Positions 20,566-32,531 of a stretch of DNA of 64,000 nucleotides are shown here, in pieces (position 1 is the first letter of the stretch; every line of letters begins with the position of its first letter). The notes under the pieces were generated by a model that searched no databases, was not told where the DNA came from, and saw nothing but the letters and a program-made list of their open reading frames with translations. The stretch lies in contig JBFGJG010000013.1 in NCBI GenBank assembly GCA_041577295.1, forward strand, positions 20,518 to 84,517. Reading direction: 5' to 3'. The DNA comes from Gemmatimonadales bacterium. Its GTDB lineage: Bacteria > Gemmatimonadota > Gemmatimonadetes > Gemmatimonadales > GWC2-71-9. The position numbers were made by a program, and so were the translations under genes.

Positions 20566-21045
20566 ATGTCTGTGCGGTTCGGAATCGGATACGACGCACA
20601 CACGTTCGGCGCCGACCGGCCCCTGGTCCTCGGGGGAGTGTCGATTCCGCACGCGGTGGGTTTGACTGGCCATTCGGATGGTGACGCGATCGCGCATGCG
20701 GTGATCGATGCGGTGCTCGGGGCGGCTGCCCTCGGCGATATCGGTCGGATGTTTCCTGACACCGATGATCAATGGCGCGGAGCCGATTCCATGGATCTCC
20801 TGGTGCGGGCCGTGGACCGCCTTACTGCGGCGGGGTTCCAGGTGGGAAACGTCGACATCACGGTGATCACCGAGCGACCCAAACTCGCGCCACACGTCGA
20901 CCAGATTCGCGCTCGCATGGCCGCAGCCCTTGGGATTACGCTGGAGCAGGTTTCGGTGAAGGCCAAAACCAACGAGGGGATGGATGCGGTTGGGGCTGGG
21001 AAGGGTCTCCAAGTGTTCGCCGTCGCCGCGGTGGAGGGTGCGTAA
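20566..21045 (+). CDS. ispF: 2-C-methyl-D-erythritol 2,4-cyclodiphosphate synthase
   Basis: GIGYDAH, GHSDGD, GDIGRMFP, KAKTNE. Confidence 0.96.
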   Translation: MSVRFGIGYDAHTFGADRPLVLGGVSIPHAVGLTGHSDGDAIAHAVIDAVLGAAALGDIGRMFPDTDDQWRGADSMDLLVRAVDRLTAAGFQVGNVDITVITERPKLAPHVDQIRARMAAALGITLEQVSVKAKTNEGMDAVGAGKGLQVFAVAAVEGA

Positions 21046-21047
21046 GC

Positions 21048-21671
21048 CTGCTCGAAGACCTCTTTGACCAGCTGATCTCCCTCCCAACCGGCGTTGTCTA
21101 TATCGTGATCGCCGGTCTCGCGGCTCTCGAGAACGTGTTTCCGCCGATACCCGCCGATACCGTGATTGCACTCGGGGTGTTTTTGTCCCGATTTGGGCCG
21201 ATATCTGCGGGGGAGATCTTTTTGATCACATGGGTGGCGAACACGGCGAGTGCTGCCGCCGTGTATCTCGCGGCACGCACCCTCGGTCGACGTTTTGTCG
21301 AAGGGCGGGTAGGTCAGCGACTGTTGCGCCCTCGCGCGCTCGCACGGATCGAGCGCATCTACGAACGCTACGGCGTGTGGGGGATCTTTCTGAGCCGTTT
21401 CGTGCCAGGTGTTCGCGCCGTCGTGCCGCCGTTCGCCGGCCTGGCGAATCTAAGTGCCGCGCGTGCGCTCATTCCGGCGGCGCTGGCGTCGGGGATCTGG
21501 TACGGGGCCATCACGGTAGCGGTGATTCTCGTCGTCGATCGGTTGAGCGACGTGGCGAATATCCTGATCAATGTCAATCGTGTCGCTTTGATCGGCGTTG
21601 TCCTCATCGTCGTGCTCGTGGCCGTGTTTCTGGTGCTGCAGCATCGGCGCGGTGACAGTCGGTCTCCGTGA
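21048..21671 (+). CDS. DedA family membrane protein (start uncertain, probably CTG)
   Basis: LENVFPPIPAD, SRFVPGVR, multiple TMs. Confidence 0.85.
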   Translation: MLEDLFDQLISLPTGVVYIVIAGLAALENVFPPIPADTVIALGVFLSRFGPISAGEIFLITWVANTASAAAVYLAARTLGRRFVEGRVGQRLLRPRALARIERIYERYGVWGIFLSRFVPGVRAVVPPFAGLANLSAARALIPAALASGIWYGAITVAVILVVDRLSDVANILINVNRVALIGVVLIVVLVAVFLVLQHRRGDSRSP

Positions 21672-21732
21672 GTGAGCCCCGCATGTGCCGAAATGCGAGG
21701 TGGTGCGTGCCCAGCGAAAGTTCAGCGATCTC

Positions 21733-22647
21733 ATGAAGAGTCTTCATGCGGAGCTCGATCGGCAGTTCTCGGTGGAAGGCTTCGAAGATTTCCTGCGCGC
21801 CGAGGCTGGGAGCAGCGCCAACACGGTCGCGGCGTACCTCCGCGATGTTCGTCGCCTTGTCGCGTTCGTGCGATCGCGCGGCGTGCCGGACCCCAACGGG
21901 ATGACTCCCACGATCCTGCGTGAGTTCATCTTTCACTTGAAGGATCTCGGTCTTGCGGCCAGCAGCATTCGTCGGCAGATCTCCGTGACCCGAACGTATT
22001 GCAAGTTCCTCGAGGGTGAGGGGTGCATCGCGCACGATCCCAGCCTTCAGCTCGAGACGCCCAAGACGTGGCGCACGCTACCGGACGTGCTGACCAAGGC
22101 CGAGGTCGAAGCGCTACTGGCGGCACCGAGCCCGGATGAAGTCCTGGCGTGGCGCGACCGGGCGCTGCTTGAGGTAGGGTACGCGACAGGAGTGCGTGTG
22201 TCGGAGCTCATCGGACTCGACACCCGTGATATCTGGTTCGATGACGCGCTGGTTCGCGTGATGGGGAAAGGATCGAAAGAGCGGTTGGTGCCCATTGGCC
22301 GGCGCGCGCTCGGTGCCGCCGCCGTCTACGCACGGGAGGTGAGGCCCTCACTGGACCGGGGACAGACGCGGAACCGTTTCTTTCTGAACGCGCGGGGCCG
22401 ACCGCTCAGCAGGGTCGGAGCGTGGGGAATCATCAAGCGATGCGCGCAGCGCGCGCAGATCACAAAGCGCGTATCGCCCCACACTCTACGCCACACGTTT
22501 GCGACGCACCTGCTCGAGGGCGGAGCCGACCTGCGCGCGGTGCAGGAGATGCTCGGGCACGCCGATCTCTCGACCACGCAGATTTACACACATATCGATC
22601 GCGATTACCTGCGAACCGTGCACCAGACCTATCATCCCCGCGCCTGA
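21733..22647 (+). CDS. xerD: Tyrosine recombinase XerD (start may be 21685)
   Basis: RDRALLE..YATGVRVSE, GKGSKER, SPHTLRHTFATHLL, QEMLGHADLSTTQIYTH, YHPRA end. Confidence 0.9.
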   Translation: MKSLHAELDRQFSVEGFEDFLRAEAGSSANTVAAYLRDVRRLVAFVRSRGVPDPNGMTPTILREFIFHLKDLGLAASSIRRQISVTRTYCKFLEGEGCIAHDPSLQLETPKTWRTLPDVLTKAEVEALLAAPSPDEVLAWRDRALLEVGYATGVRVSELIGLDTRDIWFDDALVRVMGKGSKERLVPIGRRALGAAAVYAREVRPSLDRGQTRNRFFLNARGRPLSRVGAWGIIKRCAQRAQITKRVSPHTLRHTFATHLLEGGADLRAVQEMLGHADLSTTQIYTHIDRDYLRTVHQTYHPRA

Positions 22648-23228
22648 TGATCCTCGTTCTCGACAACTACGACTCGTTTACCTACAACCTAGTGCAGTAC
22701 CTGGGAGAGCTCGGGGCGGATCCGGTGGTGCGACGGAATGACGAGATCGGGGTGGAGGGAGTGCTTCGCCTCAACCCGAAGGGAGTGGTCATCTCTCCGG
22801 GGCCCGGGCGGCCGACGCAGGCGGGCATCAGCCTCTCGCTCATAAAGGCGTGCGTGGGGCGCTGTCCTGTGCTGGGTGTCTGCCTGGGGCACCAGGCTAT
22901 CGGTGAGGCGTTTGGTGGTAGAGTCATCAGCGCGCACCGGCTGATGCACGGCAAGACCTCGGCTGTGGAACATGACGGAACCGGGATCTTCGCGTCGCGT
23001 CCGTCTCCCGTCACGGTCATGCGGTACCATTCGCTCATGATCGACCCCGACGCGCCACCGCCCAGCCTCCGGGTGACGGCGTGGACTACCGGTGACGAGG
23101 CTCGCAATTGCATCATGGGTGTCGCGCACCGATCAGAGCCTATTTTTGGCGTGCAATTTCATCCGGAATCGATCGGGACGCCGGAGGGGAGAAAAATTGT
23201 CGGCAATTTCGTTCACGCGGTGGTCTGA
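22647..23228 (+). CDS. Anthranilate/aminodeoxychorismate synthase component II
   Basis: DNYDSFTYNL, SPGPG, GVCLGHQ, QFHPES. Confidence 0.93.
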   Translation: MILVLDNYDSFTYNLVQYLGELGADPVVRRNDEIGVEGVLRLNPKGVVISPGPGRPTQAGISLSLIKACVGRCPVLGVCLGHQAIGEAFGGRVISAHRLMHGKTSAVEHDGTGIFASRPSPVTVMRYHSLMIDPDAPPPSLRVTAWTTGDEARNCIMGVAHRSEPIFGVQFHPESIGTPEGRKIVGNFVHAVV

Positions 23229-23321
23229 CCACCAAACCCGCTAGATGGGTTGTCCTGTAAAGAGTTATTGTGCAATGACTTATGTTATCTCAAGGAGTAC
23301 GCAACCGTAACGGCACGACTT

Positions 23322-23350
23322 TTGACAGCGGACCCCGTCCGTGTTAACTT
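23322..23350 (+). promoter_or_regulatory. Putative sigma70 promoter of the kdsB-pyrG-kds-lpt-rpoN operon
   Basis: TTGACA-N17-TAACTT with TGn extension; in-frame GTG 5 nt after the -10. Confidence 0.65.
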
Positions 23351-23355
23351 CCGCC

Positions 23356-25745
<2,390 letters not shown>

Positions 25746-25746
25746 C

Positions 25747-26574
25747 ATGACCGAGTTCTGGTCGCCGGCGCCGGTGTTGGTGGCGGGCCCGTGCGTCGTC
25801 GAGGACGATGGGGTGAACCTGAAGGTTGCAGATCGCCTGGCCGAGCTCGCGGCGCAGCTCGGCCTTCGCGTCGTGTACAAGGCGAGCTTCGACAAAGCCA
25901 ATCGCTCCGGGGCCGCGGCACCCCGCGGGCCCGGCTTGGAGGTGGGGTTGCGAGCGCTGGCTCGCGTCCGGGAACGCACCGGGTTGCCGGTCATAACTGA
26001 TGTTCACGAAGCCTGGCAAGTAGCGCGTGTGGCCACCGAAGTGGATGCGCTGCAGATCCCCGCGTTTCTCTGCCGGCAGACCGATTTGTTGCTTGCCGCC
26101 GGGAGGAGTGGGTTGCCCGTCAACGTGAAGAAGGGACAGTGGATGTCACCCGAGGCGATGGCTGGGGCGGTCGAGAAAGTACGGGCCGGTGGGGGTTTTG
26201 CGATAACCGTCACAGAGCGAGGCACGTTTTTCGGGTATGGTGACCTCGTCGTCGACATGCGCAGTTTCGCGCGCCTCAGGGCAGCCACGGCGGTGCCGGC
26301 GATCTTCGATGCGACCCACGCCGCCCAGCACCCTGGCCGCGGTTCCGGGGGCGCCACCGGGGGGACCAGGGAGCACGTGCCCGTGCTTCTCATGGCAGCG
26401 GCTGCCGCAGGGGCTGATGGGTTCTTCCTCGAGACGCACCCTGCGCCCGGTTTGGCGCCGAGCGACTCGGCCACCATGTGGCCACTGGACGAGTTGCCAG
26501 AGTTGGTGGAGCGGGCGCTCGACGTCTGGCACACGGCACGCAAACCGGGAGCGACGGCATGCTCGACCCAGTAA
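25747..26574 (+). CDS. kdsA: KDO8P synthase
   Basis: AGPC, KASFDKANRS, QIPAFLCRQTDL, KKGQ, DATH. Confidence 0.96.
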   Translation: MTEFWSPAPVLVAGPCVVEDDGVNLKVADRLAELAAQLGLRVVYKASFDKANRSGAAAPRGPGLEVGLRALARVRERTGLPVITDVHEAWQVARVATEVDALQIPAFLCRQTDLLLAAGRSGLPVNVKKGQWMSPEAMAGAVEKVRAGGGFAITVTERGTFFGYGDLVVDMRSFARLRAATAVPAIFDATHAAQHPGRGSGGATGGTREHVPVLLMAAAAAGADGFFLETHPAPGLAPSDSATMWPLDELPELVERALDVWHTARKPGATACSTQ

Positions 26575-27131
26575 TCGCCAAGCGAGTACAGCTCGTGGGC
26601 CTGGACGTCGAGGGCGTCCTGACCGACGGCGGGGTGTATGCCACCGTCGTGAACGGGGCGGCAGTCGAATTCCGCCGTTTCGACCTGCGTGATGAATTAG
26701 CCATCCGGTTTTTGAGTAGTGCCGGCATCAAGGTCGTGCTCGTGTGTAGCCGCGCGAGCGAGATGGCTCGCGCGCGCGCCGGAGAGCTCGGGGTCGAAAG
26801 CGTGGTGGTCGTCAACGAAGCTAATGGCCTGACGGAGTTCGAAGACGAGCTTCACCGGCTTGGTGTCCGTTTGAAGGATTGCGCGTTCGTGGGGGATGAC
26901 TTGCCAGACCTCCCGCTGATGCGGCGGGTGGGTTTGGCGGTGGCGGTAGCGAACGCGGCGCGTGAAGTGGTGACCGTTGCGGACTATACAACGGATGCGC
27001 CGGGCGGTCGTGGAGCCGTGCGCGAGTTCGTCGAAGAGCTACTGCTCGCACGCGGGGATTGGGAGGGTGTGTTGCATGAGTACCTGGGGGAGCGGGGCGA
27101 GCTGGTGCGACGGGGCATAGGTGCGGGTTAG
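26559..27131 (+). CDS. kdsC: KDO8P phosphatase-like HAD protein, degenerate
   Basis: LDVEGVLTDG, FVGDDLPD, GGRGAVRE; between kdsA and lptC. Confidence 0.8.
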   Translation: MLDPVIAKRVQLVGLDVEGVLTDGGVYATVVNGAAVEFRRFDLRDELAIRFLSSAGIKVVLVCSRASEMARARAGELGVESVVVVNEANGLTEFEDELHRLGVRLKDCAFVGDDLPDLPLMRRVGLAVAVANAAREVVTVADYTTDAPGGRGAVREFVEELLLARGDWEGVLHEYLGERGELVRRGIGAG

Positions 27132-27675
27132 GGCAGCTGTCGGCGCCGCGGTGCTGGTGATCGGCGGCGTGGTCGCTGCGTGTGACCCCGGTGCGGGTCC
27201 GCCGACCACCGTGCTCGCCGCCGACTCGGCCGATCAGGTGTTGTTTGGCCTCGAGCTGAACCTCACCATCGACGGGGTACTGCGGGTGCGATTGCAGGCG
27301 GACACGGCGTTCTTCTACGATCCGACGCAGTCGGCGGAGCTGTACGGCGTGACCGTTGAGTTTCTCACGCCCGAGGGCCGCTTGAGCACCACGCTGACCT
27401 CGCGAGAGGGGACCTTTTATTGGCGAAGCGGTGATATGCAAGCGCGGGGAAGCGTCCTTGCGCGCACGCCTGACGGCAAGGAGCTCCGCACCGAAGTGCT
27501 GAACTACAGCCGCGGACGCCACAGGATCGATGGTCCGCAGGCCTTCGTATTCGATGCGCCGGACCGCCATTTGGAGGGAGATGGGTTTACTGCGGATCCA
27601 GAATTCGAGAACGTGGAGGCGACGGGGGCGCGGCAAGGCACCATTCGCAATGTGGAGCTACGAGGCAGGCCGTGA
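27121..27675 (+). CDS. lptC: LPS export protein LptC
   Basis: N-terminal anchor with AAC lipobox-like end, jellyroll-type strands, position before lptA/lptB. Confidence 0.75.
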   Translation: MRVRAAVGAAVLVIGGVVAACDPGAGPPTTVLAADSADQVLFGLELNLTIDGVLRVRLQADTAFFYDPTQSAELYGVTVEFLTPEGRLSTTLTSREGTFYWRSGDMQARGSVLARTPDGKELRTEVLNYSRGRHRIDGPQAFVFDAPDRHLEGDGFTADPEFENVEATGARQGTIRNVELRGRP

Positions 27676-28934
27676 CGATCGTGCGCGCTGGCGTCCTCGT
27701 GATGCTTCTGGTGGCTGGCGGGGTTCATCACGCCAGTGGGCAGCAGACGGGGACGTGCCGCCCCATTCTGGATCGCGCCGGGGTGATGCGCTCCGAGGCG
27801 GGCGGGTTGCGGTCGTTCTGGAGCGGTGGCGTATGGGCACGCTGTCGTGGTCAATCGACGACGATGTTCGCGGATAGTGTGGCGTGGTACGGGGATTTGA
27901 ATCGCATGGACTTCGTGGGGAGTGTGCGTTTTCGAGATTCGGTCGTGTCGCTGGATGCGGATCGGGCGAACTACTTTCCGCGCGATGAGCGCATCGAAGC
28001 CTTCGGCAGGGTGCGACTCGTGAACCAAGTGACTGGGTCGACCCTCACTGGTCCACGCCTGACGTATTGGCGGGAGGCCGTTGGGCTGCGTCCGCAGAGC
28101 GAGCTGTTCTCGAGCGGCAGACCCAACGTAGAGTATCGCATGCCCAGCGACACAGCGGCGGAGCCCTATCAGATCGTAGGCGATCGCGTTCGGTTACGTG
28201 GTCAGCACCTCGCATGGGCTGCGGGGCAGGTGACCATCACGCGGAGCACGCTTGCGGCCAAGGGCGATAGTGCCGCACTCGATGTCAGCGTGGGTACTGG
28301 TGCGCTCATCGGGCGTGCCGAGGCGTCGGGCGGTGGCGATACTGCGTCGTATCGAGTGGAGGGGCGTCGGATCGACTTCCGACTCACCGGCGGCTCGCTC
28401 ACGTGGGTGCAGGCGCGCGGGCTCGCGGAGGCCCAGAGCGCCGATTGGCGTGTCGTGGGTGATACCATCGAGTTTGGCCTGGCCAACGACCTCATTCAGG
28501 GCGGCTCCGCGTGGGGCGATTCTGTGCGTCCCCGCGCGATCTCGGTCAGCCAAACGATCGAAGGGGACTCGTTGGCCATCGACTCACCGGATCAGATCTT
28601 GACCGAGGTACGGGGATACGGTCGAGCAAAGGCATCGACGATCGACTCGGTGGCGTCGCGAACCGACTGGATGGAAGGCGACAGCGTCACGGCCCGGTTC
28701 GAAGGAGCGGAGGACGGATCCCGGCACCTCGCCAGGCTCGAGGCCAATCAGAACGCGCGGGCGTTCTATCACGTCTTTGACCCGGCAAACCCCAGCAATC
28801 CACCGGCCATCAACTACTCCCGCGGACGGCGCATCACTGCGCTGTTCAAAGACGATGGGGGACTCGATCGGGTGGACGTGGTGGATGCGGCAGATGGTAT
28901 CTACCTGGAGCCCGTGGCACGGAGGCAGCCGTGA
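27672..28934 (+). CDS. Long LptA/OstA-like periplasmic protein
   Basis: Signal peptide; repeated ADS/GDS/GDT strand motifs; between lptC and lptB. Confidence 0.7.
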   Translation: MTIVRAGVLVMLLVAGGVHHASGQQTGTCRPILDRAGVMRSEAGGLRSFWSGGVWARCRGQSTTMFADSVAWYGDLNRMDFVGSVRFRDSVVSLDADRANYFPRDERIEAFGRVRLVNQVTGSTLTGPRLTYWREAVGLRPQSELFSSGRPNVEYRMPSDTAAEPYQIVGDRVRLRGQHLAWAAGQVTITRSTLAAKGDSAALDVSVGTGALIGRAEASGGGDTASYRVEGRRIDFRLTGGSLTWVQARGLAEAQSADWRVVGDTIEFGLANDLIQGGSAWGDSVRPRAISVSQTIEGDSLAIDSPDQILTEVRGYGRAKASTIDSVASRTDWMEGDSVTARFEGAEDGSRHLARLEANQNARAFYHVFDPANPSNPPAINYSRGRRITALFKDDGGLDRVDVVDAADGIYLEPVARRQP

Positions 28935-30109
28935 TGGACCGCCTCCATATGGCGCTCATGGGTAAAGACCCGTCGCTCGCGCTGGCAGCGGCGGCCATTC
29001 TCCGCGTGGCGGACGACGACGGTGGAACGACACTCGAGCAACTGGCCATCGCGTATCGGGAGGACCATCTCGATCTGCACCGGCTTCAGTGGGGCGACGC
29101 ATCGAGTCAACGCGGTGTGCTGTCGGTGGATGAGGTGCGCCGCCATCTGGCTACGTCCGTCTTGCCACGGTTGGCGAACGAAGGCGTATTCGATCCGCTA
29201 CCGACCATTCCCGAAGCGGATCATCGAGTTCAACTTCAGCGAGAGCTGTGGCATGTGCTCCACCCGAGCCGAGCGCGCGAGCGCGAGCGTCTCATCGCCA
29301 TGGCGCTCGAGGCGATCCGGCAGGCCGAAGCTGGCGTCGAGGAGCCGCAGCCGACTGGCGCCACCCTCTCGGCCGTTGGACTCACGAAGGTGTACCGGCG
29401 CCGCAAGGTCGTTGACCGCGTACACCTCGATGTGCGGCAGGGTGAGATCGTTGGACTGCTCGGCCCAAATGGCGCCGGAAAGACTACCTCGTTCTACATG
29501 ATCGTAGGATTGGTCCGACCGGACGAGGGTCGCATTTTCATCGACCGCGACGACATCTCGACGCTTCCCATGTATCGGCGTGCGCGTCGTGGAATCGGCT
29601 ATTTGGCGCAGGAACCTTCAATATTTAGAAAGTTGACGGTCGAGCAGAACGTGCTGGCGATTCTGGAGACGCAGCGGCTGTCCGATACGGAGCGACGCCG
29701 GCGTCTGGAGACGCTCCTCGACGAGTTGTCGATCAAGCACCTGCGGGGCACCAAGGCCTACAAACTCTCCGGCGGCGAGCGACGGCGCCTGGAGATTACG
29801 CGCGCACTGGTAACCGAACCCAAGTTCATGCTGCTCGACGAGCCGTTTGCGGGAGTGGATCCCATTGCGGTCCACGACATTCAGACGATCGTAGCGGGCT
29901 TGAGAAAGCGCGGCATTGGGTTGCTCGTGACAGACCACAACGTCGAGCAAACGCTCGATATCGTCGACCGCGCCTACATCATGTTTGAAGGTCAAGTTCA
30001 GGTTTCAGGAACAGTGCGTGATCTGGTGTTCGACGATCGGGTCGCGGACCGTTATCTGGGTCCGACGCTGACGTCCCGCCTGCGTGAGCGGCTTGGGGAG
30101 GCGGCATGA
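28931..30109 (+). CDS. lptB: LPS export ATPase LptB with about 140-aa N-terminal extension
   Basis: [46 protein letters not shown]. Confidence 0.93.
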   Translation: MMDRLHMALMGKDPSLALAAAAILRVADDDGGTTLEQLAIAYREDHLDLHRLQWGDASSQRGVLSVDEVRRHLATSVLPRLANEGVFDPLPTIPEADHRVQLQRELWHVLHPSRARERERLIAMALEAIRQAEAGVEEPQPTGATLSAVGLTKVYRRRKVVDRVHLDVRQGEIVGLLGPNGAGKTTSFYMIVGLVRPDEGRIFIDRDDISTLPMYRRARRGIGYLAQEPSIFRKLTVEQNVLAILETQRLSDTERRRRLETLLDELSIKHLRGTKAYKLSGGERRRLEITRALVTEPKFMLLDEPFAGVDPIAVHDIQTIVAGLRKRGIGLLVTDHNVEQTLDIVDRAYIMFEGQVQVSGTVRDLVFDDRVADRYLGPTLTSRLRERLGEAA

Positions 30110-31560
30110 AGACATCGTTGCAACAGCACGCGGTTATGCGCCAAGAGCTGCGCATGAATCCTCGCCTGTATCAGGCGATGGATCTTCTGTATATGCCGGT
30201 ACTTGACCTCCAACAACATCTCAAGGAAGAGTTAGAGACCAATCCGTTTCTCGAGATGGCTGAAAGCGAGGAACCCGAGCAACAGGAGGTCAAGGAAACA
30301 GCGGAGCAGAAGGAGAAGGAACGCGAAGAAGATGAGATGAACTGGGAGGAAATCATCCTCGACGGTTTCCGGGTGGGGGGCGCGCGTGGCGGGTACGAGG
30401 AGCGGGAATTCTACGAGCCGGTTCCAGTGCAGGCTCGCGATCTCGCGGATCACTTGCGTGATCAGCTGCAGTTGCTCGACCTCACGCCTCGGCAACTGTT
30501 TCTCGTCGAGGAGTTCATCGGCAACATTGGTGAGGACGGATACCTTCAGGCCTCGCTGGAAGAGATTGTCGAAGGGGCGAACGCGTTGCTTGTCGAGACC
30601 TTCCGTGAGCGATACGATAACGGTGAGCCGCCAGCCGGATTCACGATGGAGGAGGCGAGCGAGCTGTTGCGGATTGTGCAACGGCTGGATCCCCCGGGGA
30701 TAGCGGCCCGCAACCTACGTGAATGCCTGCTGCTACAACTGGAGGAAGCAAAGCAGACGGACACCCTCACCTATCGCCTGGTGGATGAAGCGTTCGACGA
30801 TCTCATTGCGCATCGTTGGAGCGAGTTGGCCAAGCGGTACGGGTTGGAGCCGATCCAGGTCCAGAACGCCGCAGACGAGCTAGCGAAGCTGGACCCGAAA
30901 CCGGGATTGCAGCACCAGAGCACCGCGGATACATACGTAGTACCCGACCTGGTGGTCGACAAGATCGATGCCGATTACCGGGTGTTTCTCAACGATGGCT
31001 GGATGCCAAGACTGCGAATCAGCAAGGTGTACCAGGATATCGCGGGCGATCGAAAGAAATTCCAGGGACAGAATCGCGAATTCATCACGGAGAAACTCAA
31101 CAGCGCGACGTGGCTGATCCAGGCCATCGAGCAGCGCCGCCAGACCATGCTGAAAGTGATGAACTTCATCGTTGACCGGCAGCGCGATTTCTTCGAGAAG
31201 GGGATCGAGCACCTCAAGCCGTTGACGCTGCGCGAGGTGGCCGACGTCATCGACATGCACGAATCGACGGTGAGCCGCGTGACGAATCAGAAGTACGTGC
31301 AAACCCCACGCGGCGTCTACCCGTTGAAGTTCTTCTTCTCGAGCAGCCTGGGCACGACCACCGGTGAGGACGCAAGCTCACGGGCGGTGAAGGCCCAGAT
31401 CCAAAAGCTGGTGGGAGAGGAAGACACCTCATCTCCGCTCACCGACTCGGCCATCGTGAAAGCCCTCAAAGAACGCGGGGTGCAGATCGCCCGCCGTACC
31501 GTTGCGAAGTACCGCGACCAGCTAGGAATTTTGCCTGCCCGCATGCGCAAGCGCGTATGA
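30106..31560 (+). CDS. rpoN: RNA polymerase sigma-54 factor
   Basis: HESTVSR and RpoN box ARRTVAKYR. Confidence 0.98.
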   Translation: MKTSLQQHAVMRQELRMNPRLYQAMDLLYMPVLDLQQHLKEELETNPFLEMAESEEPEQQEVKETAEQKEKEREEDEMNWEEIILDGFRVGGARGGYEEREFYEPVPVQARDLADHLRDQLQLLDLTPRQLFLVEEFIGNIGEDGYLQASLEEIVEGANALLVETFRERYDNGEPPAGFTMEEASELLRIVQRLDPPGIAARNLRECLLLQLEEAKQTDTLTYRLVDEAFDDLIAHRWSELAKRYGLEPIQVQNAADELAKLDPKPGLQHQSTADTYVVPDLVVDKIDADYRVFLNDGWMPRLRISKVYQDIAGDRKKFQGQNREFITEKLNSATWLIQAIEQRRQTMLKVMNFIVDRQRDFFEKGIEHLKPLTLREVADVIDMHESTVSRVTNQKYVQTPRGVYPLKFFFSSSLGTTTGEDASSRAVKAQIQKLVGEEDTSSPLTDSAIVKALKERGVQIARRTVAKYRDQLGILPARMRKRV

Positions 31561-32522
31561 CCCTGGCCGGACGGGGGGCCGACGTGGAAGTCAGCGTCCT
31601 CGTCCCCGCGAAGGATGAGGCCGAAAACCTACCTGAGTTCGTCCGCCAGTGCTCCGATGCGTTGGCCCCGCTCCCATACGCCTGCGAAGTCGTGGTTGTC
31701 GACGACGGCAGCGAAGATCACACGGCCAAGATCCTCGACGAGCTGACCGATCAGCACGCCTTCTTGCAGGTCGTTACCCACCGTTCCAGACGCGGTATCG
31801 CCGACGCCTTGAAGTCCGCCGGGGACGTCGCGCGCGGGCGTATCCTCGTGTTTTACCCGGCCGATCTGCAGTTCCTGCCCAGTGAGATCCCCGACTTGGT
31901 AGCGCCGATCCGCGAGGGTGAGGCCGATTTGGTGACGGGCACAAAGCAAGGGGTGTACGACCGCGCCTTCGTATCAGGTATCTACAACCGTCTGTGCCGC
32001 TGGCTGTTTGGGGTGCGGGTCTCCGACCTGAATGCCGTGAAAGCCTATCGGCGGGAAGTGATCGAGGTGGTGCCAAACCGGCCGGATTGGCATCGCTATA
32101 TGGTGGTGATCGCGGCTGCGGATGGCTACCGGGTGACAGAGCGGCCGGTCACCCTGCACCCGCGACGCGCGGGACGCTCCAAGTTCGGACTCGGACGGAT
32201 TCCCGTCGGCGTCGTCGATCTGCTCTCCGTGTGGTTTCAGCTGCGCTTCGGTCGGAAGCCCATGCTCTTTTTCGGGGTGTCCGGAGGCATTCTCGTCGGG
32301 CTTGGGATCCTGCTCGGCGCGCTCGCCCTCGTGCTGCGGTTCGGGTTCGGTGTGGGTTTTCGCCCCCTCTTGAATCTCGTCATGCTGTTGGTGATCTCGG
32401 GCATCGTGCTGTTTGGGATAGGCTTCATCGGTGAATTGCTCGCCGCGGCCCGCGAGGAGCTGCTGGGCCTTTCCCGATCGATTGACCAACTCCTAGCTGA
32501 ACTTCGGCGTCGACGTCAGTAG
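31557..32522 (+). CDS. GT2 polyprenol-phosphate glycosyltransferase (GtrB/ArnC-like)
   Basis: VPAKDE, VVDDGSED, ADLQ, RRAGRSK, two C-terminal TMs. Confidence 0.88.
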   Translation: MTLAGRGADVEVSVLVPAKDEAENLPEFVRQCSDALAPLPYACEVVVVDDGSEDHTAKILDELTDQHAFLQVVTHRSRRGIADALKSAGDVARGRILVFYPADLQFLPSEIPDLVAPIREGEADLVTGTKQGVYDRAFVSGIYNRLCRWLFGVRVSDLNAVKAYRREVIEVVPNRPDWHRYMVVIAAADGYRVTERPVTLHPRRAGRSKFGLGRIPVGVVDLLSVWFQLRFGRKPMLFFGVSGGILVGLGILLGALALVLRFGFGVGFRPLLNLVMLLVISGIVLFGIGFIGELLAAAREELLGLSRSIDQLLAELRRRRQ

Positions 32523-32531
32523 CTTCCTGGC

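Noticed and set aside
21733..22647. Tyrosine recombinase as a mobile-element integrase
   Set aside because: XerD-type sequence among housekeeping genes; no att repeats or cargo
23263..23290. TTATGTTATCT resembling a XerD arm, near xerD
   Set aside because: The matching XerC position reads AGTTATTGTGC with no ATAA inner repeat; not a dif
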